64,000 nucleotides of DNA, from assembly GCF_036321535.1 (NCBI RefSeq), contig NC_087437.1:69566001-69630000 (forward strand). The letters run 5' to 3'. This DNA is from Camelus dromedarius (lineage: Eukaryota). Positions 23,761 to 38,089 of this stretch are shown here, piece by piece. A program made the translations under genes and the position numbers. A model generated the notes under the pieces. That model did not search any database. It worked only from the letters and a program-made list of their open reading frames with translations, and was not told where the DNA came from. Numbering within the stretch: position 1 is the stretch's first letter; the number at the start of each line of letters is the position of its first letter.

Positions 23761-26700
23761 ATCATCAGAAATCTTAACACTGAAGAGCACAAAACCTAAA
23801 AACAGATTGTATTTTGTGATTTAGCTATTACTTACTTTATACTGCTAACCGTCACCTTAGATGTTGGGACCCTTATATAATGATCGAAATGATCTACCTC
23901 TGTTTTCCTCTTTGTGTCTCAGAAAGCCAAAATTTTAGTTGGGGCTTTGTTTTTTTGTTATATTTTGGTTTTGGCAGGGGCAAAAAGAAAAGGATATTTA
24001 AAAGTTTTGTTTTTTATAGCTTCTTTTTAAAATAGAATCTCAAATGACCTCTCTGACAAACTCATCATACTTTGCCTTAGACTGTATTTAAAAAGAGAAA
24101 AATACCTCCATGGGCAATGATTGGCTAAGATAGAGAAACGAGATAACGAGATAACGATTCACCCACAGGAGGAGGCTGAGACAAGCAAAGACAGTGACAG
24201 GCAGATAAACAGAAAAGGAGGAAGCAGTTAAAAATAAAAAATCTCAGGTACCTGAAAAGCCCAGGCTGAGACTGTGAGGAAGATAAAAAGAGAAAGAGGA
24301 GAAATACAATCAGCATTGCTGGTAGTTGGAGAGGCTGGAAGGATGGGGGATGGAGGCTCAGAGAGGGAAAGAAGAGCAAAGAGGCGAACAATAAAGGGGA
24401 AAACTGAACATAGGAAGGGGTTGAAGACCTGAGAAACTAAAGAGTATCGAAAAATGGGAATTTGAGACATCGAGAGAGCCTCCGGGAATCTCACTCCTCA
24501 GTTGTTTCCTTAACTTCTGTAAGAAGAATCATGGGTAATTTGGAGGACTTGTCCCCCTTCTATTTAAAATAAATAAATACTTAGATAAAGAATCTCTCTC
24601 TTATGAGACAAAGTGCAGAATCAGTGTGAGCTCGCAGTAGGCAACCAGATGATCTGGGAGCTCAGTTCCTAAAATATGAAGTTAGAGAACTTGGCAAATG
24701 TGTCTCCTGAACAGGAGTCATACCCTCTGCACTTCCCGCAGTTGCCTCCATCCCTGCCTTTCTGTCTGTAAATGTTTTCTTCTTTATACACAGTTCACCC
24801 TTTGTGCACAGCCACCAGTTGCATAAAGGTGTTAACTGACTTTCGTTCACTAATAGCAGTTGATGAAAGCTGTAGAATGTCTCAACTCTATCTCTTCCCT
24901 ATCTGCAGAATACATTGATAGTAATGAGGAAGTTTTATTCTCCAGATCCTTTCTCCTTCAAAGAGGAATAAAATGTGAAGGCATTGATGTTTCCAAATTG
25001 CCTTTCTTTTCTAAAGAACAAACACTTCACTGAGAACATAAAAGTGATTGAAATGAGTACACTTTGGACCTCCAATTTACACTTTTCCATCATTAGTGAC
25101 ATCTGTACCATTAGACACGCAGTCACACAAAGGTTGTGCTTCTTTAGATATCTATGTGAAAGTTTTCTTGTGTGACTGCCTGTGGCACTAGAAAAGTGCC
25201 ATAAAAAGAATAATGCAATTTCCATAGCTGAAGTTCTGCCTTGGAGGCTGGGAGGAAGCAAGGGCTCTTGGTTAGAATTCTGATGTGTGGATTTGTTGTC
25301 GTTGTTGTTGTTAAATAATGTTCTCAGAAATCACGTCTGCAAGAGAACATGCAACAATATTGACTAAAGGACAAAAACAATTCAGCAAGTGACCGTAATA
25401 CTTCTGAGCAACTAGCCAATCAGAATTCATGGCAAACACATGTCGTCCAGTCAGTATTCATGTCATGTGATTAGTAACCAGATGATGTTAGAAAATGGAT
25501 GAAAGGCAGCATTCAGGTTTGAATATAAAATAATGGATCAGAGTGCAGTTTTACAGAGCTATGGGGTTAACAGGCTTGGAAAATGCATTTTGCAGCCTTA
25601 GAAAAGATACAATTTTTTTAAATAAGATCTTACTATCAACAGTAGAAAAGAAGTCCAAAACAAACAAATAAAAGGGAATTTATAACATAATACCTGTTGC
25701 TTTCTGTTTAGCACAGAAGGCTCCACTTTAGGTAAATATCTAATGACTTATCTTTTAGAAAGACTCTTTCTATAAATCTGTAATGGATGTTAATTTCCCA
25801 GAGTCTTTCTAAAAACTCAGCTTTGGAGGGCAAAGTCATTTAGCCCTGTCCTAATTTTCACTGCTTGTTCAGTGAGCTCACTTCCTTTCTTCTTTATAAA
25901 TGTTTTGTACGATGAAGCAGTTTCTTATGGAACAACTCTCATTTCACACCAGGAAATACCATGCCATTGTTGGGTTATAGTTTATGGTTAAAAGGGAAAG
26001 GAACTCAGCCTGGGACACTGGCATTGTGACCCAGGATTGAAAACAGCTCCCAGAGGTACTTCTCAAAGCTCTGGTTGTCACCAGTAAAATAACAATTCAC
26101 CTCTCTGTTTTCTTTTACTGAAACTGACACTATAAGTAACAAAATCTTGTGAGGTTTCAAAGAAAGGAAAATGACCTTTAAATTTTTTGAATCATAAAGG
26201 CCACTTCATGCAACAGAGAACAGCAAGAGATACGTGGCCTTAGGAAGTGAGTGAGATGACTCAGATTAGGGGATAAAAGGGAAACACAACTGGGACTTTG
26301 GGACTTGTCCTTTCTGAAGTCACAAGGACCAACATCTCCTTTAGATGAAAAATAGAGGTGGATGAACCTCAGAAGGCTTGGTACATATAATAACCCAAAG
26401 GTCTCAATAATTATTCAGGCTATCTAAGAGTTCCAAAATGTGTCGGCCACCTTAATGTATTCTAATATTTTCCATTATGTTTTTTACAAAATCAGGATTG
26501 AATGGAATATGTGTGGAAAATTATTATGAAAACGTTTCCTTCCATCTGTAGTCTCAAAGTGAAAATTAAGACTATCTTTTTCTACCCTAGAATAAAAAAA
26601 CTCCGAACTGAGGATCACTGTAAGGCTTATTTTTCTTTTACATGGAAAAAAATTGAGGAATTGTAAAACTGTATCTACTCAGAAGTTCTAAGAAATGTGG

Positions 26701-27499
26701 AAAATTTCCAAATTATAAGAGAAGATTTCAACAGCTCAATTCAGTAGGAGGAAAAAAACTACAATCTACTTTTTTTGGTATTATTATAAAACTAAATGAT
26801 AACAAATTTACAGTTTAAATGAAGTGATCATTTTTTAAGGGGGAAATGAATGGGCAAAGGATTAATAATCTGAAAATTGAAGAGAATTTTTTAAAATATC
26901 AAAACCTCTCCCAAGTCTATAATAAAACCTGCATCTAACAGGGATTCTTATGTATTTTATATGACAAGCTTAACTTAAAATAGAGGTGCATTGAATTACA
27001 GGTACCATGTCTTACTGAAATGGAAATATACATTGGTTTTAGGGCCAAAGAGTATATGCATTTAGCTTAGTAGAATATGCAAGGAAATAGTGAAACAAAT
27101 ATGCTAGTGATGGAAAGGTATTTTTAAGCAGAAAAACCATAAGCTTCATTAAATGTGCTTCAGTCACTCCAAAGCCTTAGAACTATTTAGCAAATATTTA
27201 CTAAATAGCTGTTGCATGATTAATATTTGGACTAATGGAAAATACACCATGATTAGAAGGAATGATCTCTGTCCTTTCTTTATCTGTATAGAGGAGAGAA
27301 ATCTGATGGATGGTGATCAAAATTATTATTCATGGAATCACAGTACTCCAAGGAACTTCATTGTTTATTCTGTTCTTGGAGATTTTAGGGAAGGGAGATT
27401 TGTTAGTCTCCCTTGGAAGCTCATTCCAAGGTTATATCAGGAAACTATGTTCTAAACCTCTGATCACGATAATAGCCACTATCTAATTTCTGTTTATAT

Positions 27500-29065
27500 T
27501 CCTGGGCACAAAGGTTCTTCTAAAGAAAATCATAGAACCATCAAAGCCGTACTGTTTTATATCAACTGAATCCTTGCTGCTGCTGCTGCTAGGAAAAACT
27601 TGTATCTAACTCTTTCAAAGTATCTCATATACATTCCATAATAGATATGACAAGAATTTCCCATTGTTTTCAAGCTTGCAAATCCCACAGTATTCTTGGC
27701 TTCTTCTCATTTCCTTCTGCCACATAAGCTTGATTCCTTAATCAGCATTTTCATCCTCCCCTTTCTTCTCTTCAAACTGTCCATCCTAAAGCAAATACTA
27801 GTACAGCCTAAACAGGTACAAGCTAAACAGTGTCCTAAGACTGATGCAAGAGCTCCAGTAAGACCCGCTGCCTAGTCTTTTCTTTCCTCCTTCTCCATCT
27901 TTGTGTTCTTTTTCCTATCTTCTAAATATTCGACTTCTTTAACCCTCTAGTATTGATCTTCTTTTGTCTTTTTAGTATCTCTCTATTCTTTCTTAGCTTT
28001 CTGCCTTAAATGCATGACTCAGTTTTATTGATTTTTTTTTCTGTTTTACAATGTTGCTTTTTCTACCAATAAACAAATTTCTTCTTTGCAGCCAGGTTTC
28101 TCAAAACAGTGGACTTTATCTCCTTAGTTATCTCTTTTGCTTTCAATTAAATTTGGCAACTACTAGTTTCTTCCTAATTGCAAAAGCAAACCTTGGCATC
28201 ATAATAATTCTACTTGTTTTATGGTAGTACTGTCTTTCAACAGGCCCTTCCTCCTTAAAAACCAAGCCTCCATCAGCAATCCACTGCTAAGCCCTATTTC
28301 TTTTCTTTTCTTTTTTATTTCTTTTCTTCTTCTTTTTTCTTCCTAACCACGTTTTTAAAAAAAATTTACAGACTCCTTTTCATTTTCCCATCTGTGAAAT
28401 GGGATGAGATTTGCTTGTTTGTTACCTTGTTAGTTGAGATCTTCAAAAGACAGAGTTTGTTTACTTAATAAGAATACTATTAATAATAACACCACATTTC
28501 CAAGCTTATTTTCTCCTTGTAATTTACCACTATCAGGAAAGAAGAAAATTTATTGCTTGGTGCCAGAGTTTTTCAAAAATTCATTGCAAATTACTGGTGA
28601 ATAATTTTTTATTTGGAGGAGGATATTACTGGATGTTAAAGGTCCTGATAATTTCCTTATCTGCAAATAAGGATTAGACTGTCTGCTTACCTCATTGTTG
28701 TGATCATCAGATGACAAGTTGTACATAAAAACATCTGTATATGTTAAATAAAGTACTATTTCAATCCATCATATTCCTACTGGGAACCAATGTTAAAAAG
28801 ATCTGCATATTTCCAAAGTTGGCCTTTACCTTTCCCTTTTACAGGGGGTATAGCTTTTCCTCAGCCATAAGGAGGGATCGGCTGTAACTTCCTTGCCTTA
28901 AGGCGGGAGACTGTGCCCTTTCAAATCCCTTCCAACTCCTATAGCTGTGTCCTTGGGGATTTCACCTTCCATGACTACTCAAAAATGATAGCTCTTGCAT
29001 CTGTCATAACATCCACCAATTTATTAATAACGTGAAGTGAATTTAAGTTATTCAGATCCTCAAGG
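27500..29065 (-). pseudogene. Probable decayed exons (29065-28830, from 28391, from 27785)
   Basis: catcatttttatag|C reads LEDLNNLNSLHVINKLVDVMTDARAIIFE*SWKVKSPRTQL*ELEGI*KGTVSRLKARKL and ends AAAG|gtaaag. A K/E-rich segment spans 28391-27860. A further segment reads ILWDLQA*KQWEILVISIMECI*DTLKELDTSFS*QQQQQ. Confidence 0.4.
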
Positions 29066-29534
29066 CTATAAAAATGATGTCTTCTTTCTATTTTGGTTTG
29101 GCCTTCTTTCCTTTCTTCATAACTGGAACCACTGGAACTTGGCCCATTCAAGTATTTATATTTAACCTTGAAAGAAAGAAAAAAACAGAAGGGAAGAAAA
29201 AGAAAGAAAGAAAGAGAGAGGGAGGAAATGAGATAAAGATTCTTCAATGTTCTGTTATGTTCATTCCCACTCTTTCATTTAAAAACATTATACCTAGTAG
29301 TGTGGACAAAAAGAAGAAGATATTTAAGTTGGGAGACATTCAATAAGGAATAATAATCTAGGTACAATTCAAGCTGGTGAAGTATATCAGCCAAGGATCG
29401 TTTCAGGAAAAGGACAAAACCTGAGCAAAGGAATTGAGTTGGGAAGGTAATAAACACAAGAGATTCTGAGTAACCATGTCTGGCAGGAACCTATGGTAAA
29501 TTTAAAGGGATTATGCTGAATCTGCTTTAGAAAG

Positions 29535-30350
29535 ATGGAATCTTAGATGCCATGGTTTGGAAGACACCTTAGAGGTCATGGGATTCAACACTCTTTTATT
29601 GATGTTTGAATTAACCCTGTAATATTCTTCTCAGAATAAATTTAAAACCTTTGATGACAGAACACACTCTTTCCTGGAGCAACCTAATGCACCTTTAGCA
29701 GCACTGACTATGAGAAACTTCTTTCTGCATTGAGCATAAATCTGTCTTCTTTTCACCCACTGGTCCTAATATGCTCATCTGGGTCATATTATACAAGTTA
29801 AATTTTCTTTCTTCTTGATTATTCTTTATATATTTAAAAGATATCTCAGTCCCTCTAAATCTCATTTTCATGTAAAATATCACCAGTTCCTTCAGCAATA
29901 TCTCATATAACATGATATGTAACATGGACTTTAATAACATAAAGTTCATTTCCTTTATTCAACATTATGCTCACTCTTCTAAGAATGTTCTCCATTTTTT
30001 CTATATCCATTTTACAGGATAATACCAAGCCCTGAATGACATATTCACTATGAATCCTGATCAAACAAGATAAAATAATACTGTATTATCCATCCCTGAG
30101 AGACCATCTTTTTCTAGTATCTTCTGAAATCTTTTTGTTCAAATGGAAGTCCCTTTCTTGTTTGTTGTTTCTGCTTAGCCACTTTTGATCGGATCGAGTT
30201 TTTCATCACATATATAGTATGCCTCCAATAAAATAAGTTGACTTGGTTTTATGGCTGCTAAACTAGTTTCTTCCTTATACCCCTTTCTCCTTGCCATCTC
30301 CCCTTATCTTTTTCTTGTGTACTTAATTGTTTTGAATCTAAATAGGGAAT
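29535..30350 (-). mobile_element. L3/CR1 LINE 3' region
   Basis: ggaagacaccttagaggtcat...gagaaacttctttctg...cccactggtcctaat...ccagttccttcagc, the CR1 3' antisense pattern. Confidence 0.75.
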
Positions 30351-30379
30351 TTTTTTTCCCTCTTACAGACTGGGGCTAT

Positions 30380-31420
30380 TTTATGGAGAATGTTTATTGA
30401 AAGGCTAATAAATTTGCATTTAATTAAGTAGAGAGTGAGAAGCCACTGAAAATTTTTGACATGATCAAAATTTTCTTTGGATGGACTAATCTGGCAGCCA
30501 CATGTAGAACAGATTGAAATGAGGAGAAACAGGAATGCAATTTGAAGAAGACTTCAATTGCCCCCTGGAGTGATATCAAAGGAAATGGAGAAGAGTGTTA
30601 AGAATGATGACAGAAGCTGAAAAACTTAGCAATGATTAACATGAAAGAGACGAGAAAATCAAAGTTCCTTGAAAGATTTCAAACAGTGGTGATTTGGTAT
30701 ATTAGTTAGGATTCCAGAAAAACAGAACCAAGGAACTATTATATATTTATATATTTATATAAGGAATTGGCTGAGAAGTCCTAAGATCTGCAGTTCGTAA
30801 GCTGGAGGCCAAGGAGAACCAGTAATGTAGTTCTAGGCTGAGTCCCAAGGCCTGACAACAAGGAAAGCCAATGGTGTAAATTTCACTCCAAGGAAAAGAG
30901 AAGAGGCCAAGTTTCCTCTTACTTCACCTTTTTGTTCTGTATAGCTCTTCTGTTAATTAAATGAGGCACATCAACATTAGGGAGGACATCTGCCTTACTG
31001 AGTCTACCAACTCAAATGGGTCTTATCCAGAAACATCCTTACAGGCACACTCAGGATAATGTTTGACCAAAAGTCTGGCACCTGGTGGCTCGGTTAAGTT
31101 GACACATAAAATTAACCATCCTACCTGAGAGAATGGTGAAATGAAGCCAGAATAGAAGTTGCTTTGGATAGAGGGGACTATTGGGACATGCTGAGTTTGA
31201 ATGTCAGGTAGATAGGCATGTGAAAATGACTTGGAAGATGGTTAGAAATGAAAGGCTAGAATTTGGGGGAAAGACAAGGATTAGAAATACAGATTTGTGC
31301 TTTATTTATATAGAAGGTATTAGTTAAGGACTTTCAAGAGGTCAATAATAGGATGGTTACTGAGAGCTTATCTATAACCAAGAAAAGGTCAGTGGTTTGG
31401 TGGTTAGAAGTCTCTATGGT
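30380..31420 (-). mobile_element. LINE2 fragment interrupted by MLT2
   Basis: gagaagccactgaaaatttt...gacatgatcaaa; ttgggacatgctgagtttga. Confidence 0.7.
30698..31123 (-). mobile_element. MLT2B-type ERVL solo LTR
   Basis: tattagttaggattccagaaaaacagaacca...aagttgacacataaaattaaccatc. Confidence 0.9.
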
Positions 31421-31479
31421 TAGAAAAGTAGGAGGATAACTGGGTGGGCACATAAGTACAGAAGTCAAGAAGATAGTGT

Positions 31480-32450
31480 TTACTCTTGAATAAGTCTTCT
31501 CTGTCCTCTATCTGTACACCATCATCTCCTGTCTCTCTCACACTCTTGAATTTCCATTAATCAAGCTTCTGCTTTTATAGATTATTGAAGTTGGTTCTCA
31601 GAAAACATTTTCTTCTCGAAGTCATTGGCTTCCTCCTTTTGCTTTCTAAATGCCAATAATCTCCCAAGGCTCTATTCTCAATCCTCTGCTTCAATCATCT
31701 TTATAAATAAGAAAAATGCCAAAATTATATCACAATCTTTTTCATTAATTCCAGATGAGCCAAAAAGACCACCTGGATGTCTCTCATGTTTGTATCTCAA
31801 ACACGAAGTATCCTAAGTAGAACCAATAATCTTCTAATAAAATCTCTTTAATGGCTCAGGACCACTCCACTATGCCCAGGTTGTAAACCTAAAAAACAGC
31901 TTTGACTTATTTCTTTACCTTGCCCTTTACTAGCCGCTATTTCCAAGTCCAAATCCTATCAGTTCCACCTACAAAGCATCCCCCAAATCCATACATTTTA
32001 CATTATTACTATCACCACCACCGCCATTCTAATTCAAGACCTCATTGTCATCTCTGTGTGGTATTCACTTCCTAGACCGACTTCCCATATCTAATCATTC
32101 TCATCTCTTATCTGTTTATAGATTGTTGCCAAATTAATCTTCATAAAATACAATTTAAATCATGTTGTTCTACTATTCCAAAATGTTTAATTGCTTTTTA
32201 TTACCCATTGAATAAAATCCAAACTCCTTAAAATAACATTTAACACCATCCACCATCTGGTGATACCCCACATTTCTAGATGTTTCTTCCATTTCTCCCT
32301 CTCAGAGATCCAGCACTGCATTCAAACTACAACATGTGTTTTTCCTGTCTGTCTCAATCCCGTTGTTCATTCTGTTCAATTTGCCAGTAACATCCTTTCT
32401 ACACACTCTTCTCTGTGAGGCCTTTGTTGATTGCCCTAGCAGAAAGTAAT
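31480..32450 (+). mobile_element. LINE2 fragment
   Basis: ccacctggatgtctc...tttgacttatttctt...ttgaataaaatccaaactcctta. Confidence 0.7.
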
Positions 32451-32459
32451 ATATAGTTC

Positions 32460-32670
32460 ACAATATTTGGAGCTATATGTTAAGTATGTCATATACATTA
32501 TCATGCCAAATTCTCACAGTAATCCTATGACATATCTACCCTTTTCTAAGTTTTACCAATACATAAGCTAGTGTTTGTATCGGTTTTTAAAATTAGCCCA
32601 AAGTAACATAACATAGCTCAGCTTTCCATATTTGTCTGACTTCAAAGTCAGTATTCTTAACCTTAATCCA
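32460..32670 (-). mobile_element. MIR
   Basis: ctcacagtaatcctatga...tgtctgacttcaaagtcagtattcttaacc. Confidence 0.65.
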
Positions 32671-32973
32671 AATATTTTTAATTTTAGAATCACCCTTTTT
32701 GCTAATGAGTTCCATGACTCTACTGAAGCCATAGTAATGGGAGATATTTTTTAATAATGACATTAGATACTGTAAAAAGGCTTTTTTCTTAGTCTGGTTT
32801 ATCAAGGTATAATTTACAAAGAGTAAAATTTACCCTTTTTAGTGAGCATTTCTATTAATTTGGCATTTATATCTTTATTTTTCCAACTTTCTCCCTTTAG
32901 AATCAGGTGATTTATTTTTGCACTTCTTCTTAGTAGTTTGATTTAGTTCCAACAGCTTTTGGCTTTCCTTTAC

Positions 32974-35232
32974 CCTGCTCTTCTTTGGAAATGCTGTATG
33001 TTTTCAATTTGGTGTCTAGTAACTCTTGAAATCCTTCTTTATGAATGGATGCAATTTGTTCATAGAATGAGAAACTAAGTCTGCAATTATAGCCAGCAGT
33101 AATAGTTTTTCTCCCTTTGGATCCTTCCAATACTTTCCTAAACCTAATGAAATCTGTGTTCTTGAAAATTATTTTCTTCATCTTTATCTAATGGATCTAC
33201 AGAATTTGTAGGATTTATATTGTTATATTGCCACCAAAAGCCCTAGAAAATATACTTTCTCAAATAATACTTCAAGACAATTCAGACTGAAATCATCAGG
33301 GAAAATGTAAGCATAGAATCCATTTTTCAGAAAGCTAAATTTCTGTTAAACCTATACAAATAAGTGATCCATCCATTCCTTCATTCAATAGCCATTTATT
33401 AAGCACCTTCTATGTGAAAAATACGAGTCTTTTCCTTAAGCAACCTACCTTCTGATAGATATTCTAACTGGTTCACTTCATATCTAGTATGTAAAGGAAA
33501 TCCAGAGGGTGATAATGACTTTGACAATGAAGTGTTGGGAGTCATCAAAAGGGTAGAGAACCTTTATATTTTTATTAACTTTTAGGAAGTGCTAAGAAGA
33601 TAATGTCTAGCATATTATTGTTGGTCATTAGCAATGAAATAGTAACAATTAGGAAAACAAGACTTGATGTCCAGAATGATTTTAAAGCTTCAGTACTATT
33701 AAGTCAATTAGTACATTAAAAATGAGAACTATTTTTCACATAAAAGCAAGTAATATGAAAGCAAATGAGAAAGTATTCCACTTTAGGGCTTTTGAAGATT
33801 AGATAAAGCCACTTTAAAGAGCTTTATCATGAAATTCTAACAATAGTTTTCCCTACCATTACAGTCTCAACAGATCATTGTCCTAGTTTATAAAATCAAC
33901 TGGATTTTGACCTCTGTTTCTTGTGAAATTTTTGTTTGGTGGTGGTAGGGAACAGGCATATTTTATCATAATAGTACATCTCATCAACATTGTATAGTCA
34001 TCATTTTGACCTTTTATAATGAAGAGTAAGAAACCTGTTTGGCACCCTTTTCCTGACTCCAGGTCCACTGCTCCACGGCTTTGCCTCCAGCACATATACG
34101 CTGCCTAGGATTAATTCTCAAGCCTCAGAAGTATCTGAATATACCTTTGGCCCTGGTATGCCTTGGAGAGGTTGAATGAGCTGTTCCCATTACTTTATCT
34201 CCTTCTTCCTCTCTCACATCCTCAACTCCTATAACATCATTAAACTAAATAGAAGGATTAAATGAATTATAATGTACAGTGATTGCTATAAAAACCAGAT
34301 AATACATACAGCTAATAGGTCTCATGGCAACACAAAAATCACAGAATTTTGAGAAGGAAGGATTCTCTGCTACACTCCACCTGCTAACCAGCAGTGCCAG
34401 AATTACCTTTTTAAATAATAGGTAAATGTTCTATTTTTAAAGAATTTTTACAAATATGAAGTGTCGTGCTCTCACCCTAACAATCTGAGATTTCACACCC
34501 CAAAGAAGTGTCTACATATATCTGTGATGTATACATTTAAGTGCATAGCTAAAATATTCAAATATACATAATACGTTAAGGCAAAAACTTCTTTGTTCTG
34601 ACCTAAAAGTACCTCATTAACAGAGATGTCCAAATAGACGGCACCAAATACACTGAGGTCCAAGGGCATGAAAGAGCCCTTACTTCTGTAGACTAAGAAA
34701 TGGATTCATGCAAATTAGAGTGTGAACTTGAAATACTATTGTGACAAACTGATTGGTACACACATACTGCCAAGGGGAAGACACCAGCTAGGCAGTAGTA
34801 TTATTATTACTGCTATAATTGTTGCCAAAGCCATGAGACCTTAAAGTTTTATGGATGAAAGGCTTATGAAGGAAAAACAATCTATCCTGGGGTTTGCTCT
34901 GTGGACTTGAAATTACTTTTCAACCTTTTCTTCTTATTTATCCAACTCATTTCAAAAGATGAAACACCTATTCCAAGGTGAAGAAAGAGGCTTCTGGGGA
35001 AAAGAAAAAATAAATTTTTTAGGATGGTCTTATTATTTTCTGTTCATTCTCCTGATCCTTTTTTTTTTTCTGCCTATTTCTCTGGTTTTTGTCCTACTCT
35101 GTCTCCATCCTTCCACGCTCAGTTTTTCAGAATGTCCTGCTTCTCTTCTCTCAATGTCTCATCTTTCCACCTCTCAGAAGTATTGTCATTGATCAGTCAT
35201 ATATTCACTGTATTCTTCCTTTTTTGTTAATT
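32974..35232 (-). pseudogene. Probable decayed charged/helical exons starting at 35232, about 34228 and 33196
   Basis: ttttacag| then ELTKKEEYSEYMTDQ*QYF*EVER*DIERREAGHSEKL; ELRM*ERKKEIK*WEQLIQPL; EQIASIHKEGFQELLDTKLKTYSISKEEQ ending CAGG|gtaaag. Confidence 0.4.
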
Positions 35233-35344
35233 CTGTAAAACATCTCTATGAATATTGCTTCAGAGGAGCCATGGTACTCATTATTGTAACTGAAGGGGTG
35301 ACAGTAAAAAAATAAATAATTAAATGTATTTAAAATAAGGGCTG

Positions 35345-35600
35345 TAGAGAGCAGCATGATGATTGAGAGGACACAATTTGAAAACAGGTTTGCATTTGAA
35401 CCCAGGCACTATCATTTACTAGTTATTTACTAGCTATGACAAGGCTTGTTCATTTATCCCTCTGAGCTTAACCTCGAGTAGATCTTATAAAAGGTTAATT
35501 ATATCTAGCTCACTGAATTGTTGAGGATTATTGAGATAATGATATAAAGCACCCAGTAAAATGCCAGGAACATGAAAGACTTAATACAAAGTAGTGATAT
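35345..35600 (+). mobile_element. MIR
   Basis: tttgaacccaggcactatcatttactag...gttgaggattattgagataatgatataaagcacccag. Confidence 0.7.
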
Positions 35601-35859
35601 CAAGAGAGTGGTAGCCACGGTGGAGACAGCTGTGATAGTGATGATTAGACATGAGATTTCTGTCTCCTTTCCAGAAGGGTGGTCACCTTCGTCCATTTGG
35701 ACTAATAGTCATTTGTGTATTTATGCTCTGCTAAAGCAATTTTGCTTAAGCCTAAATCTTTTGGCTTAAATTTCTTCTTGTCCCAGAGATAGATTTACTT
35801 CACACACACACCTCCCTCAAAAATCAAGCACCGCTTTGTCTCCCTACTCCCTTTCCCAC

Positions 35860-38020
35860 TGCTATTGTAAAAATTTTTGTACATTCAAAAGAATGCCTAA
35901 AGCATAAATTAAGTTAAAAAATAATAAAATTAATATGTTTGTAAATAGCACCTAGCATTTAAAAAAAATAGAAGCTTATCAGTATTTTGAAGCTTCCACG
36001 ATGCCCTTCCCTGATTGCAGCCCCACTCCCCCAACACTGGAGACTATGACTATCCTATATTTGAATTTCTCATTCCATTGCTTTTACCTGTAAATTGTAT
36101 TGATGTATGTAATCCTAAAGAATATATTGTTTAAGTTTCCATACTGTTGAATTTTGTAAATTATATCATACTGATGGCTTCCTTAAAGACTGAGTTTATT
36201 CCTAGCTGTGTATTAGTAGTTTATTGAAAGAAAACACTACAGTGAATTATCTTTTTCATTTATGGCCCCTTGGATTATTTCTAATATTTAGTCTTAGAGT
36301 CATGTTATTATGAACATTTCTGTACATGCTTCCCAGTGCACATAAGGATGTCATTCTTTAAGGCATATCCTTAGGAGAGTACATTGCTAAGCTCCAGGAT
36401 ATGCACAGCCTCATGCACATTTCAGCTTCATGAGATAGTGCCAAAACTTTTCCTAATGAGGTAGTATTGGTTAGGGTTAGGGTAGACTGCTGTGAAGTAA
36501 TTTTAAAAATCCAGAATCACAGTGATTTAAAGCTATGCATTTTTATCTCAGGTTCAGGAACTCTGGAGGTGGCCAGTTCAGAAATGGTAAGGTAAAGTGT
36601 CGAAGACCCAGGCTCCTTCCATTTTATCGGTCACCTCAGATGTACAGTTTTCATCCACATGGTCATCTCAAGGTCTAGAAGTTCTAGCTAGAATATCTAT
36701 ATTTTGGCTGGCGAGGAGAAAGAAACAAGAAGTGCATACATGGCCCCTTCCTGCAAAATGCACACAGCACTTCTTTACTTGTATTCCCTTGGCCAGAACT
36801 TACATGGTCATATCTGGCTACAAGAGAAACTGGAAAATGAAGTCTATATTCCAACTAGTCAGAGATTCAGCTGGAAACAGAGTTCTTATTACCGAGAAAG
36901 AAAAGAAAGACATACTGGGGGATACTCAGCAGTCTCTAACACACCGGTTGTACTAATTTATATCCCCACCTGAAGATTAAGAGAGATTTTGTTTCTCTGC
37001 ATATTTGGCACAATTAAAATTATCAGACTTTTACATTTTTGTCAAAATTACAGATATTAACTATAATACCAGTTAAAAATGTATATCTGATTAATACTAA
37101 AATTTCATCTTTTCATATATTTATTCATCATTTGGATTTCCTTGTCTGTGAGCTGCCAGTTCATGTATTTCCCATTTTTATACTGTTTACCTTCTTACTG
37201 ATTTTATGACCTTTGTATTTATTCTGAATAATAACCCTTCAACAGTTATATAAATGGCAAAAAAAAAAAAATCTTGTTGGTATCTTAGCTTTTTTCCCCA
37301 AAATATTGTTTGATAAAAGTAATTCTTTAATACAGTTGAATTCCTCTAGTCTTTTCCATTATGATTTAAACTTTTTATATCTTATTTGAGAAATCCTCAC
37401 TTCATGATTATAAGATAGTCTTACAATTTCCTTTAAAAGTTTTGAAGCTTTATCTTTGTAGATGTGTATTTTAGTGGATTAGAATTGATATTTTTATATG
37501 TTTTTGAATAGGAATAAATTTATTTCCCCATGGATAATTAAGACAGTCTTAGCACATTTATAAAAGTCTAACTTTTCCCTGCTAATTTTAAATGCCAGCT
37601 CAATCACCTACAAGTTTCCTTATAAACAAATGTTTATTTCTTAGAACTAGTTCTCTATTCCTATATCTATAACTTTCTCTACATATTTAAGTATCTAATT
37701 TTCTAAGCTCTCTTAATTCTCAAAATGTACATAGTTTATTGGATTTCCATATAGACAATTTTATCTTCTGTGCAGACAGGACATTTTTGTTTTTTTCCTT
37801 CTATTTCTATTTCTAATTAAATCACTGCATTCTTTTTCTTGTTGTCCTGTGGTGCCAGCTGGGATCTCCCCATAATGCTGAGTAGAAGTAGTGATAGAAG
37901 GCATTCTTGCCGTTGTTTTGATTTTAAAGGAAATACTTTTTAACACTTCACCATTAAGAGTGATTATTTTATGTAAGTAAATTAGGTACTTAATTGGACA
38001 TCCTTCTTTACGTATGGTTA
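35860..38020 (-). mobile_element. Old L1 (L1ME/L1MC-type) 3' region, interrupted by MLT1
   Basis: atgaacatttctgtacatgcttcccagtgcacata, tcttttcatatatttattcatcatttggatttcc, gatagaaggcattcttgccgttg. Confidence 0.8.
36463..36943 (-). mobile_element. MLT1J-type LTR inserted in L1
   Basis: gacccaggctccttccatttt, cccttggccagaacttacatggtcatatctggctacaagagaaactggaaaatg. L1 resumes ggttgtactaattta. Confidence 0.85.
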
Positions 38021-38089
38021 TTGCTAGATATATAGATAGGTATAGATAGACGTAGACATAGACATAAATTAAATCTCCAGACTGCTCCA

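Noticed and set aside
27660..28400. Pyrimidine-rich tract first read as an old L2
   Set aside because: No diagnostic L2 motifs were found. Minus-strand acceptors and K/E-rich translation fit fossil exons better.
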